NCBI GenBank assembly: GCA_017609755.1
Contig: JAFCDI010000001.1
Location: 4,400 to 68,399 of the forward strand
Length of the DNA: 64,000 bases
Reading direction: 5' to 3'
Source of the DNA: Candidatus Pacearchaeota archaeon
Lineage (GTDB): Archaea; Nanobdellota; Nanobdellia; Pacearchaeales; GW2011-AR1
Shown: positions 20,590 to 30,314 of the stretch, one piece after another
Layout of the letters: each line of letters opens with the position of its first letter
How positions within the stretch are numbered: the first letter of the stretch is position 1
Translations under genes and position numbers: made by a program
Notes under the pieces: model-generated
The model's input: the letters and a program-made list of their open reading frames with translations, nothing else
What the model was told of the DNA's origin: nothing
The model's database searches: none

Positions 20590-20963
20590 ATGGCAGAAAA
20601 AAACAAATTTACAAATGTGAAATATGTGGAAATATAGTTGAAGTTCTACATAAAGGTGCAGGAGAATTAGTTTGCTGTGATAAATCCATGAAATTAATTT
20701 CTGAAAATCCAGAGGAATTTGGAGAAGAAGAATATGCTAAAAAGCATGCTCCTGTAATTGAAGGAAAAATAGTAAAAATTGGGACAATCAAACATCCAAT
20801 GACAAAGGAGCATTTTATTGAATGGATTGAAGCAGAATCAGAAAAAGGAGAAATCTCAAAAATATTTTTAACACCAACAAATAAACCTCAAGCAGAATTT
20901 AGTTTTAATCCTATAAAGGCAAGAATGTATTGTAATATTCATGGGCTTTGGAAAATTAAATAA
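20590..20963 (+). CDS. dfx: desulfoferrodoxin (2Fe superoxide reductase); needs a -1 shift at 20597-20604
   Basis: ATG 20590 gives MAEK; the -1 frame gives QIYKCEICGNIVEVLHKGAGELVCC, then KHAP, HPM..EHFIEWI and YCNIHGLW. Confidence 0.85.
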
Positions 20964-20993
20964 TTAAAAACTCTTATTTCTTAATAATTCTAG

Positions 20994-21272
20994 ATGCTAG
21001 AATTAACACTGTCTAGAAAAGAGGAAGGTTATTTAATTCTTGGAATAGAAAATTTTATTGTCAAATATAAAAAAGAAAACAGAGAAAAAATAAAAACAAA
21101 TCCTTTAAATATAGAAAGAGTAGTAATTTATTCAAAGAACTGGGATAAAGAAATTTCCAAAATACTTAAAATAGGATTTTATCCAATAATAATTCAGCCT
21201 AATCCAAATAAACAATATTATCCAGGAGAAATAATAGAAATTAAAAATTTAAACAACAAACCCAATCCTTAA
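20994..21272 (+). CDS. hypothetical protein
   Basis: 92-aa ORF. Confidence 0.5.
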   Translation: MLELTLSRKEEGYLILGIENFIVKYKKENREKIKTNPLNIERVVIYSKNWDKEISKILKIGFYPIIIQPNPNKQYYPGEIIEIKNLNNKPNP

Positions 21273-21296
21273 AAACACATTATTCTTAATAAAAAT

Positions 21297-23000
21297 ATGA
21301 ACTATTCAAAACTTGCAGAGTTCTATGAAGAGGTATCAAGCACTACAAAACGTTTAAAAAAAATAGATATTCTCGCTAAATTTTTAAAAAAATTATCAGA
21401 TAAAGATAGAGAAGTAATGTATCTTTTACTAGGCGACATTTATCCAGAATATGATGAAAGAAGAATTGGAATAAGCAATCAATTAGCTATAAAAGCTATT
21501 TCAAAGGCAACAGGAACAGATGCAAAAAGAGTTTTATTTGAATGGAAAAATCTAGGAGATATTGGAAAAGTTGCTGAGAAATTCACTCTTAATAAAAAAC
21601 AATCAACATTGCAAAGCTCAATTTTAACTACTGAAAAAGTTTTAGAAAATTTAAGAAAACTTCCAGAACTTGAAGGAAAAGGAACAGTTGGAAAAAAACT
21701 AAATCTAATAACAGAGCTTTTAACTTCAGCAAAACCTATTGAAGCATTATATTTAGTTAGAACCTTAATTGGAGATTTAAGAATTGGAGTTCAAGAATCA
21801 ACAATAAAATATGGAATGCTTAAGGTTTTTTTTAAGAATAATAAAAAATATGAAAGCACTCTTCAACAAGCAATAGATAATTCAAATGATTTAGCAGTAG
21901 TCTTTGATATTGCAAAAAAAGGAAAAATTAAAGATTTGGAAAAAGTGCATTTAGAAGTTGGAAAACCAATTAAAGCAATGCTAGCTCAAAAAGTAACTAA
22001 AATAGAAGATGGATTTAAAGCATTAGGAAGCCCATGTGCAATAGAATACAAATATGATGGATTTAGATTAATAATTCATAAACAAGGAAAAAAAGTAAAT
22101 CTTTTTACAAGAAGATTAGAAAATGTTACAAAACAATTTCCAGAAGCTGTAGAATATATTTTAAAATATGTTAAGGGAGATTCTTTTATTCTAGACTCAG
22201 AAGCAGTAGGATATTCTAAAAAAACAAAGGAATATACTGAATTTCAATCAATAAGTCAAAGAATTAGAAGAAAATATAATATAGAAAAAATACAAAAAGA
22301 TTTTCCAGTTGAAATTAATGTTTTTGATATTTTATATTATAATGGAAAATCAAAATTAGAAGAACCCTTTGAAAAAAGAACAGCCTTAATAAAAAAAATA
22401 ATTAAAAATTCTCCATACAAAATAATTTCTGCAAAACAAATAATTACAGGAAATGTTCAAAAAGCAAAAGAATTCTATAAAAAAGCTCTAAAAGATAATC
22501 AAGAAGGAATAATGATGAAGAATCTTAAAGCACCTTATAAACCTGGAAGAAGAGTTGGAAATATGTTAAAAATAAAACCTGAAGAAAGAGATTTAGATTT
22601 AGTAATAACTGGTGCAGAATATGGAACAGGAAAACGTTCAGGTTGGATGTCTAGTTTTATACTTTCGTGTAAAAAAGGAGATAAATATTTAGAAATAGGA
22701 AAAGTTGGAACAGGTATAAAAGAAAAAGCAGAACAAGGAATTTCATTTGAAGAATTAACTAAAAAACTAAAGCCTTTAATAATAAAAGAAAAAGGAAAAA
22801 GAGTAGATTTTAAACCAAAAATAGTTGTATCTGTAACATATCAAGAAATTCAGCGTTCTCCTAATTATAACTCTGGATGGGCATTAAGATTTCCAAGATT
22901 TACTGCATTAAGAACAGATAAACCTCTTTCTGAAATATCCAGTTTAGAAGAAGTTGAAAATGATTTCAAACATCAAAAAAGAAATTGGGAATATGGTTAA
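21297..23000 (+). CDS. lig: ATP-dependent DNA ligase
   Basis: EYKYDGFR, EGIMMK, LDLVITGA, ALRFPRF. Confidence 0.97.
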   Translation: MNYSKLAEFYEEVSSTTKRLKKIDILAKFLKKLSDKDREVMYLLLGDIYPEYDERRIGISNQLAIKAISKATGTDAKRVLFEWKNLGDIGKVAEKFTLNKKQSTLQSSILTTEKVLENLRKLPELEGKGTVGKKLNLITELLTSAKPIEALYLVRTLIGDLRIGVQESTIKYGMLKVFFKNNKKYESTLQQAIDNSNDLAVVFDIAKKGKIKDLEKVHLEVGKPIKAMLAQKVTKIEDGFKALGSPCAIEYKYDGFRLIIHKQGKKVNLFTRRLENVTKQFPEAVEYILKYVKGDSFILDSEAVGYSKKTKEYTEFQSISQRIRRKYNIEKIQKDFPVEINVFDILYYNGKSKLEEPFEKRTALIKKIIKNSPYKIISAKQIITGNVQKAKEFYKKALKDNQEGIMMKNLKAPYKPGRRVGNMLKIKPEERDLDLVITGAEYGTGKRSGWMSSFILSCKKGDKYLEIGKVGTGIKEKAEQGISFEELTKKLKPLIIKEKGKRVDFKPKIVVSVTYQEIQRSPNYNSGWALRFPRFTALRTDKPLSEISSLEEVENDFKHQKRNWEYG

Positions 23001-23007
23001 TTATTTT

Positions 23008-23334
23008 TTATGTGTTTAATTCTTCTTTTTTTAATTTTTTAAAAAGAGTTTGATAGAGCTTTAAATCTTTCTTACAAATTTCAACTTTTTCTTTAAGTCC
23101 TTCTTTTTTAAAATCTCTAATTTTATATTTGCATCCTTGTATCTTAACTTCATAATAGAATTTAACTTCTGCAATATCTACTTTTTCAGGAGTTTGCAAA
23201 TTCAAAATAGAATTCAAATTGTACTTTTTTGCTTCTTCAAAACTTAATTTTTTATATTTTTCTGGACCAATATGAATAGAATCATTAAATTTAATCCATT
23301 CTCCTACTTTAAAAAATTTTTCTAGAGTAGCCAT
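23008..23334 (-). CDS. hypothetical protein
   Basis: 108-aa ORF with a TATA-like box upstream. Confidence 0.55.
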   Translation of the reverse strand: MATLEKFFKVGEWIKFNDSIHIGPEKYKKLSFEEAKKYNLNSILNLQTPEKVDIAEVKFYYEVKIQGCKYKIRDFKKEGLKEKVEICKKDLKLYQTLFKKLKKEELNT

Positions 23335-23417
23335 GATCTAGAAAAAAATAACTCCTTTATAAAACTTACTTTTGCAAATTTCAAAAAAACTATAAACTTC
23401 ATTTGTCTTAATTTTTT

Positions 23418-24506
23418 ATGAAAAAAACCTCTTTTATAGAAAATTATCTTTCTTTAGCAATCAAATTAGTTTTAATTCTTTCTATATTAAATGCTATTCA
23501 AAATCAGTTTTGGCATATAATGTCAACTAATCTTTTTTTGCTTATTTTGTTGTTTGTTCCTCAAATAATAAAAAAATATGAAATAAAAATTCCAAAAATC
23601 TTTGAATGGGCATTACTTATCTTTGTAATTCTTACTCTCTTTATTGGAAAAATAAGTGGAATAATTGCTCCAATATTTTTTGGTATTGCAATAGCTTTTA
23701 TTGGATTATTAATTTCGGCTATACTATATTCAAGTAATCAAATAAAAAAGAATACTTTTCTTATAACTCTGTTTTCCTTTAATTTTGCTGTTAGTTTTGG
23801 AGCATTACTAGAATTATTAAAATTTTTCCTAAAAATTCTAGCAGGACACTCTCTTTCAGGAGATTTATATTCTTATACAATGAGAAATATTTTATTTGTT
23901 ATAACTGGTGCAATAATTGCTGCAATGATTGGATTAGGATATATGAACGGATATTTAAAAATAAGAAAAATTGCAAAAGCCTTTATTAAATTAAATCCTA
24001 ATTTTCTAAAGAAAACTCATCAAGAAGAATTAACTGAATTAATTTCTAAAGGAGAAAATGAGAAATTAGAATTTAAATCAACATTAAGAACAAATCTGCA
24101 TACAAAAGAATTTGATAAGAAAATAGAATATACTATTCTCAAAACAATTGTTTCTTTTCTAAATACTAATGGAGGAACTCTACTTATAGGTATTTCAAAT
24201 AAAGGAGAAATTTTAGGAATACAGGCAGATAAATTTGAAAATGAAGATAAATTTGCTCTTCATCTAACAAACATAATAAAAGAAAAAATAGGTAAGAAAA
24301 ATTTGCATTTGATAAATCTAAGATTATTAAAAATTAAAGATAAATTTATAATGAGAGTTGATTGTAAAGAATCTTCTAAAGAAATTTTTCTAAAATCTTC
24401 TACAGGAGATGAAGAATTTTATATAAGAGTTGGACCTTCAAATAGTCAATTAGTTGGAAGTGAACTAATAGAGTATGTAAATAAAAAATTTAAAAATAAA
24501 AAATAA
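23418..24506 (+). CDS. multi-TM membrane protein fused to a Schlafen/AlbA_2 domain
   Basis: About 6 TMs, then GENEKLEFKS, FLNTNGGTLLIG and FYIRVGPS. Confidence 0.85.
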   Translation: MKKTSFIENYLSLAIKLVLILSILNAIQNQFWHIMSTNLFLLILLFVPQIIKKYEIKIPKIFEWALLIFVILTLFIGKISGIIAPIFFGIAIAFIGLLISAILYSSNQIKKNTFLITLFSFNFAVSFGALLELLKFFLKILAGHSLSGDLYSYTMRNILFVITGAIIAAMIGLGYMNGYLKIRKIAKAFIKLNPNFLKKTHQEELTELISKGENEKLEFKSTLRTNLHTKEFDKKIEYTILKTIVSFLNTNGGTLLIGISNKGEILGIQADKFENEDKFALHLTNIIKEKIGKKNLHLINLRLLKIKDKFIMRVDCKESSKEIFLKSSTGDEEFYIRVGPSNSQLVGSELIEYVNKKFKNKK

Positions 24507-24567
24507 TCTCGTCGAATCCTTTAAAAAGCTTTATAAAGGAATTTTGCTAATATTTTACTAGTATAAA

Positions 24568-25128
24568 ATGGCAAAAACAACTAGCAATTACAAGATTCAA
24601 AATATTGTTGCTACAACTTCTCTAGAAAAACCTATTCCTTTAACAAAATTAGCTAGAACACAACCTAATACAGAGTATAATCCTGAAACTTTTCCTGGAT
24701 TAGTTTTAAGAATAAAAGAGCCTAAATCAGCAGTATTAGTTTTTTCATCTGGCAATTTAGTGTGTACTGGAACAAAATCAGTTGCTCAAGTAAGAAAAGT
24801 TATACAGGCAGTTATAAAACAATTAAAGAAGATAAATGTGAGTATAACAGCAAAACCAAAGATAACTGTTCAAAATATTGTTGCTTCTGGAACAATTGAT
24901 TTGAAACTTAATCTTAATTTTTTAGCATTAGAAATGGAAAATACAGAATATGAGCCAGAACAATTTCCAGGACTAGTTTATAAATTAATTGAACCAAATG
25001 CTACTTTTCTATTATTTAGCAATGGAAAACTCGTTTGCACAGGTACAAAAAACAAGCAGCAATTAGAAGATAGCATGACTCAGTTACTAAAAAACGTTAA
25101 AATTGCTCAAAAAGAGTACAAAAAATAG
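24568..25128 (+). CDS. tbp: TATA-box binding protein
   Basis: Two repeats of NIVA...EYxPExFPGLV...FSxGxLVCTG. Confidence 0.98.
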   Translation: MAKTTSNYKIQNIVATTSLEKPIPLTKLARTQPNTEYNPETFPGLVLRIKEPKSAVLVFSSGNLVCTGTKSVAQVRKVIQAVIKQLKKINVSITAKPKITVQNIVASGTIDLKLNLNFLALEMENTEYEPEQFPGLVYKLIEPNATFLLFSNGKLVCTGTKNKQQLEDSMTQLLKNVKIAQKEYKK

Positions 25129-25214
25129 TTTCACTCCTAAAAAATAATTATAAATTCTAAAACTACTTTATAATATATATAAATCTATAAAAACTTATTA
25201 CATATTTTCTATAT

Positions 25215-27266
25215 ATGGAAGAGGAAGAAGAATTATCTCAGAATCCAGAAAAGGATGCAAGATCAAAAAAAGAAGAATTTTTAATAGAAGCAAAAAACTT
25301 TTTTGATTTTTATAAAAAAGAGTTGGGAGATTCTATTAGAAAAGCCAATAATGTGATTCATATTGATTTTCTCAAATTAACAGAATTTTCAAATAAGTTA
25401 TCTGATGAAATTCTTGCAAATCCAGAAGAGGCTCTTGGATTATTTGAATTAGCAATTGAAGAGTTAGGATTAATAAAAGATGCTAGAATAAGATTAATTG
25501 ATCTTCCAAAAAGTCAGGAAATAAAAGTAAGAAATATTCGTTCAAAACATCTAAATGAATTAATTGTCATTGAAGGAATAATTAGACAAGCATCTGATGT
25601 AAGGCCTCAAGTTGTAAATGCGAAATTTGAATGTCCTAGTTGTGGAATAGTTATAAGTGTTTTGCAAATAGAAAAAAAGTTTAGAGAACCTTCTAGATGT
25701 TCTTGTGGAAGAAAAGGAGGTTTTAAATTAATAAGTAAAGAAATGGTTGATACTCAAAGATTAGTTGTTGAAGAGTCTCCTGAATCTCTTTCAGGAGGAG
25801 AACAGCCAAAAAGAATAAATGTTTTTCTAAAAGAAGATTTAGTTGAACCTAAAATGGAAGAAAAAACAACTCCAGGAAGCAGAATAAAAATAATTGGAGT
25901 TTTAAAAGAAGTTCCAGTTCCTCTAAGTTCAGGAGGATTATCAACTAGATTTGAATTAGCTATTGAAGTAAATAATATAATTCCTTTAGAAGAAACTTTT
26001 GAAGAATTAGATATTAATGAAGAAGATGAAAGGCAAATACTAGAACTTGCTCAAGACCCTCAAATCTTTGAAAAACTTGCTAGAAGTATTACTCCAAGTG
26101 TTTGGGGATATGAAGAAATAAAAAGATCTCTTGTTTTACAATTATTTGGAGGAGTTAAAAAAGTTCATGCAGATGGACAAATAAATAGAGGAGATATTCA
26201 TATTCTTTTAATAGGTGATCCAGGAGTTGCAAAATCAGTAACATTAGGATTTATGGCTAAAATATCTCCAAAAGGAAGATATGTAGTTGGAAAATCAACT
26301 TCTGGAGCAGGATTAACAGCAACAGTAGTTAGAGACGAATATCTAAGAGGATGGAGTTTAGAAGCAGGAGCAATGGTTCTTTCTAATAAAGGACTGGTTT
26401 GTATAGATGAATTAGAAAAAATGGATCCTCAAGATAGAAGTGCAATGCATGAAGCAATGGAACAACAAACTGTAACAATAAGTAAAGCAAATGTTCAAGC
26501 AACATTAAGAGCAGAAACTTCTGTTTTAGCTGCAGCAAATCCAAAATTTGGAAGATTTGACCCTTATCAATCAATAGCTCAACAAATTGATATTCCTCCA
26601 ACTCTAATTAATAGATTTGATGTAATATTTACTTTAAGAGATATTCCTGATAAAATAAAAGATGAAAAAATAGCAAGTCATGTTTTATCAGAACATCGAA
26701 AAGAAGGAGAAGATATGTTAATTCCAAAAGATCTTTTTAGAAAATATGTAGCTTATTCAAAACAAAGAGTAAAACCTCAATTAAGTGAAGAAGCAGTAGA
26801 AGAATTAAAAAAATTCTATGTTGAATTAAGAAACAAACCAGTTTCCTCAGAAAGTGCAATGAGGCCTATTCCAATTTCTGCTAGACAATTGCAGGCTCTA
26901 ATTCGTATGGCTGAAGCATCTGCAAAAATAAAGTTAAATAATACTGTAAAAAAAGATGATGCAAAAGAAGCAATTGAATTAATGAAGTACTATTTAATGC
27001 AAGTAGGATATGATTATGAATCAAAAACATTTGATATTGACAAGATATATACTGGAATGACCACCTCAAAAAGAAATAAAGTTTTGACAGTTAGAGAAAC
27101 AATAACTGCTCTTAAAGAAAGAATAGGAGAATTAATTCCCATTGAAGAAATAGAAAAAGAATTAGAAGAAAAATTAACAAAAGAAGAAATAGAATACTCT
27201 ATAAATGAGCTAATAAAAAATAGTGTAATTTATCAACCAAGGCAAGGATATGTTCAAAAATTGTAA
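25215..27266 (+). CDS. mcm: replicative helicase MCM
   Basis: CPSC zinc motif, GDPGVAKS, IDELEKM, AAANP, NRFD; no intein. Confidence 0.97.
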   Translation: MEEEEELSQNPEKDARSKKEEFLIEAKNFFDFYKKELGDSIRKANNVIHIDFLKLTEFSNKLSDEILANPEEALGLFELAIEELGLIKDARIRLIDLPKSQEIKVRNIRSKHLNELIVIEGIIRQASDVRPQVVNAKFECPSCGIVISVLQIEKKFREPSRCSCGRKGGFKLISKEMVDTQRLVVEESPESLSGGEQPKRINVFLKEDLVEPKMEEKTTPGSRIKIIGVLKEVPVPLSSGGLSTRFELAIEVNNIIPLEETFEELDINEEDERQILELAQDPQIFEKLARSITPSVWGYEEIKRSLVLQLFGGVKKVHADGQINRGDIHILLIGDPGVAKSVTLGFMAKISPKGRYVVGKSTSGAGLTATVVRDEYLRGWSLEAGAMVLSNKGLVCIDELEKMDPQDRSAMHEAMEQQTVTISKANVQATLRAETSVLAAANPKFGRFDPYQSIAQQIDIPPTLINRFDVIFTLRDIPDKIKDEKIASHVLSEHRKEGEDMLIPKDLFRKYVAYSKQRVKPQLSEEAVEELKKFYVELRNKPVSSESAMRPIPISARQLQALIRMAEASAKIKLNNTVKKDDAKEAIELMKYYLMQVGYDYESKTFDIDKIYTGMTTSKRNKVLTVRETITALKERIGELIPIEEIEKELEEKLTKEEIEYSINELIKNSVIYQPRQGYVQKL

Positions 27267-27304
27267 CAAAAACTTATAAAGTCCTTTATTTTTCAATTAG
27301 AATT

Positions 27305-27928
27305 ATGACAGATGAACAATTTAAAAGAAATATTGCATATAAGCTAAGAATTGGAGATATTTTAATGGGAAAACCTATTTTAGATGGAGAAAGGTTTTCT
27401 TTTTTAGAATTAGGAGATAAAAAAATAGTTAGAGTTAATGTAATAGGAAATATTGTTGAAAGATTTGATAGTGAAGGAGAAAAAAGATTTTCAGTTCTCA
27501 CTCTTGATGATGGTTCTGGACAAATAAAACTTAGAATTTTTGCAGATGATGTAGAAAAGTTCAAGAATATAAATCAGGGGCAAACTGTATTAATTATTGG
27601 ACTTTTAAGACATTTTAATAATGAGATATATATTAATCCTGAGATAATTAAGGAAAAGGATTCAAAATATCTTTTAATAAGAAAATTAGAAACAGAAAAA
27701 AATAAAATTCAAAAAGAACCAGTTGCGAGAGAGCAAATAATTGCTGTAAAAGATAAAATTCTTGGAGCAATAAAAAGTGCAGAAGATGAAGGTGGAATTG
27801 AAATCGATAAAATAATAATGGGATTAAAAAATATTTCTCCCGTAATTATAAATCAAGAAATTCAAAAATTTCTAGAAGAAGGAATTGTATTTGAGCCTCG
27901 TCCAGGAAAAGTTAGATATCTAGGCTAA
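27305..27928 (+). CDS. RPA32/Rpa2-like OB-fold + winged-helix protein
   Basis: RVNVIG, LDDGSGQI and C-terminal EGIVFEPRPG. Confidence 0.8.
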   Translation: MTDEQFKRNIAYKLRIGDILMGKPILDGERFSFLELGDKKIVRVNVIGNIVERFDSEGEKRFSVLTLDDGSGQIKLRIFADDVEKFKNINQGQTVLIIGLLRHFNNEIYINPEIIKEKDSKYLLIRKLETEKNKIQKEPVAREQIIAVKDKILGAIKSAEDEGGIEIDKIIMGLKNISPVIINQEIQKFLEEGIVFEPRPGKVRYLG

Positions 27929-28213
27929 ATTATATTTAGAATAATCAAGTTTTAATTCTGTTTTAAAATTCTTAATCTTTCCATAATTTTTTGCAAATTT
28001 TTTAGTGTTCTCTAAAAAAGCAGAATTATAGAGAGTAATTAAATTAGGTTTCTTTAAATCTATTTTAATAATTGGCCTTCCAAATTCTTTTACAATTAAA
28101 CTAGAATTATTTTCTATAAGTTCCCATTTAAAATTCTCTTTTGCAATTTTTACAACTTTTTCTAAATCTTCTTTAGTAAAATTATTATTAATTTTTTCTT
28201 CTATATTACTCAT
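27920..28213 (-). CDS. hypothetical protein
   Basis: About 97-aa ORF. Confidence 0.5.
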   Translation of the reverse strand: MSNIEEKINNNFTKEDLEKVVKIAKENFKWELIENNSSLIVKEFGRPIIKIDLKKPNLITLYNSAFLENTKKFAKNYGKIKNFKTELKLDYSKYNLA

Positions 28214-28273
28214 AAAGAAAATCAAAAAAGATTATTTATAAAACTTTATATACTTAAAGATGCAGCCTAATTT

Positions 28274-28681
28274 ATGGATTATGAAAAACTACTAGAAGAA
28301 GCTCACAAAAAAATAAAAAAAATAGAACATAGCAGCGAAAGATTTGAAATACCTAAAATTGAAGGTCATTTTGAAGGAAAAAAAACAATTCTTACAAACT
28401 TTCTTCAAATTGCATCTCATCTTAGAAGAAAACCAGAACATCTTCAAAAATTTATACTAAGAGAATTAGCAACTTCTGGAAATTTTGAAGGAGAAAGATT
28501 AATTTTAAATAATAGAATTCCTAGTGCCAAGATAAATTCTAAAATAGAAGATTATGTTAAAGAGTTTGTATTATGTAGAGAGTGTAAAAAACCTGATACT
28601 GAAATTGTTAAAGAAGACAGATTAACCTTTGTTCATTGTCTTGCTTGCGGAGCAAAACACTCTGTTAGAAGCAAAATATAG
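28274..28681 (+). CDS. eif2b: translation initiation factor aIF-2 beta
   Basis: ERFEIP, CRECKKPDT, CLACGA. Confidence 0.96.
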   Translation: MDYEKLLEEAHKKIKKIEHSSERFEIPKIEGHFEGKKTILTNFLQIASHLRRKPEHLQKFILRELATSGNFEGERLILNNRIPSAKINSKIEDYVKEFVLCRECKKPDTEIVKEDRLTFVHCLACGAKHSVRSKI

Positions 28682-28751
28682 AAAAAATCCTTTTTCAGAA
28701 GGTTTAAAAAATAAAAATTCCTTACAAAAAGAAGTAAACGGAGGTAAAAAA

Positions 28752-28943
28752 ATGGTTGAAGGATACAGTGTTAAAGCAAAGAAAAAAGTTAAGATAAAAG
28801 ATCCTGTTATTGTGCAAACTGCTCGTGGAGGATACATGGCAAAAGGAAAATGTCCTGAAACAGGAATAACTGTTTGTGCTATGCTATCTAAAGAAAATGC
28901 AGAAAAAGCAATAGAGTCTGGTGAAGCTAAGAAAAACTTTTAA
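28752..28943 (+). CDS. small basic DUF5679-like protein (63 aa)
   Basis: SD GGAGGT at 28740-28745 supports ATG 28752; MVEGYSVKAKKKV...AKGKCPETG. Confidence 0.75.
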   Translation: MVEGYSVKAKKKVKIKDPVIVQTARGGYMAKGKCPETGITVCAMLSKENAEKAIESGEAKKNF

Positions 28944-28967
28944 TAATTCTTATTTTTTATTTTTTGT

Positions 28968-29267
28968 ATGGTAATTATAAATGTAATAAAATCCTATAGA
29001 GATATTGTTGCAATTTGTGATTCAGAATTAATTGGAAAAAAATTTGAACAAGGAAAATTTCAATTAGATGTAAAAGAATCTTTTTTTAAAGGAGAAGAGA
29101 TTATTGAAGAAAAAGCTCTTAAAATTCTAAAAGACATGGAAAAAGAAGATGCAACTTTTAATATTGTTGGAAAGAAATCAATCTCGCTTGCATTAAAAGC
29201 AGAAATTATTGAAGAAAAAGGAATAAAGAAAATACAAAACATTCCTTTTGCACTTGTTTTAATTTGA
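28968..29267 (+). CDS. DUF424 family protein
   Basis: IVAICDSELIGK, FFKGE, NIVG. Confidence 0.85.
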   Translation: MVIINVIKSYRDIVAICDSELIGKKFEQGKFQLDVKESFFKGEEIIEEKALKILKDMEKEDATFNIVGKKSISLALKAEIIEEKGIKKIQNIPFALVLI

Positions 29268-29301
29268 GTAGTTTTATAAACTCTCTCATTTTTTAAGAAA
29301 T

Positions 29302-29619
29302 ATGAAACCTAAAGAAAATAACGAAGAAAACAAAATACAAAGAGCAAAATTACCAAGAGGTAAAGAGATAATTGGAATTATAGAACAACGATTAGGAGGA
29401 AATAAAATGAATGTTAGTTGTTTAGATGGAAAAACAAGAAATTGTAGAGTTCCAGGAAGATTAAAAAGAAAATTATGGTTAAGACCAAATGATATAGTTA
29501 TTATTGAACCTTGGGAATTAGATGATTCAAAAGGAGATGTTTTATTCAAATACAATAAAAGCCAGATAAAATGGCTTAAAAAAAACAATTATTTAGAAAC
29601 AGAAAAATCTGAATTTTGA
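29302..29619 (+). CDS. eif1a: translation initiation factor aIF-1A
   Basis: LGGNKM.V.CLDGKTR.CRVPGRLKRKLWLR..D.V..EPW. Confidence 0.96.
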   Translation: MKPKENNEENKIQRAKLPRGKEIIGIIEQRLGGNKMNVSCLDGKTRNCRVPGRLKRKLWLRPNDIVIIEPWELDDSKGDVLFKYNKSQIKWLKKNNYLETEKSEF

Positions 29620-29627
29620 TTAATAAA

Positions 29628-30134
29628 ATGAAAATCATATTATCTGAAAAACTTCCAAGAATTCTAAAAAATAAAGCAAGATTAGAGAAAAAATTAAATA
29701 TAAAAATAAGTAATAGAGGAAAAGAGATTAAAATAGAAGGAAAACCAGAAGAAGAATATATTGCTGAAAAAGTAATTGAAGCTTTAAATTTTGGATTTCC
29801 TTTTTCAGTAGCTATTCTTATTAAAGAAGAAGATTTAGAATTTGAAATGCTCAATATAAAAAATTACACTTCTAGAAAAGATTTAAAGAGCATAAGAGCA
29901 AGAATAATTGGAAAAGCTGGAAAAACTCTAAAAACTCTTTGTCAATTAACAAAATGTAATTTTGAGATAAAGGAAAATAGAGTTGGAATTATTGGTTCTG
30001 CAGAATTAATTAAAAATGCTCAAGAAGCAGTAATTTCAATTGTTCAAGGAGCAAAACAATCAAATGTTTATGCTCATTTAGAAAAAAATCAGCTTAAACC
30101 TGTTGTTGATTTAGGTTTAAAAGAAGATTTCTAA
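29628..30134 (+). CDS. KH-domain ribosome biogenesis protein (Dim2/Pno1-like)
   Basis: ALNFGF, RARIIGKAGKT, VYAHLE. Confidence 0.88.
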   Translation: MKIILSEKLPRILKNKARLEKKLNIKISNRGKEIKIEGKPEEEYIAEKVIEALNFGFPFSVAILIKEEDLEFEMLNIKNYTSRKDLKSIRARIIGKAGKTLKTLCQLTKCNFEIKENRVGIIGSAELIKNAQEAVISIVQGAKQSNVYAHLEKNQLKPVVDLGLKEDF

Positions 30135-30143
30135 GTAATAAAA

Positions 30144-30236
30144 CGTCCCGAGGAGGACTCGAACCTCCGACACCATGGTAACTGCGATTTTTTATAACCT
30201 AACAGCCATGCGCTCTACCAACTGAGCTATCGGGAC
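30144..30236 (-). tRNA. tRNA-Asn(GUU) with a 20-nt intron at 37/38 (30180-30199)
   Basis: Acceptor GTCCCGA/TCGGGAC, anticodon stem CATGG/CCATG, loop CT-GTT-A, T loop TTCGAGT, G73. Confidence 0.94.
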
Positions 30237-30314
30237 ATTATAATTCTAAATGCAAGATTCTTTTAAAGTTTACTATAGCATTAATTTTAAATAGATTCTT
30301 TTCTATTAAAAAAC

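Noticed and set aside
25215-27266. Intein in MCM
   Set aside because: The length (683 aa) and contiguous motifs leave no room for an insertion.
28629-28751. N-terminal extension of the DUF5679-like ORF
   Set aside because: It overlaps aIF-2 beta, and the SD points to ATG 28752.
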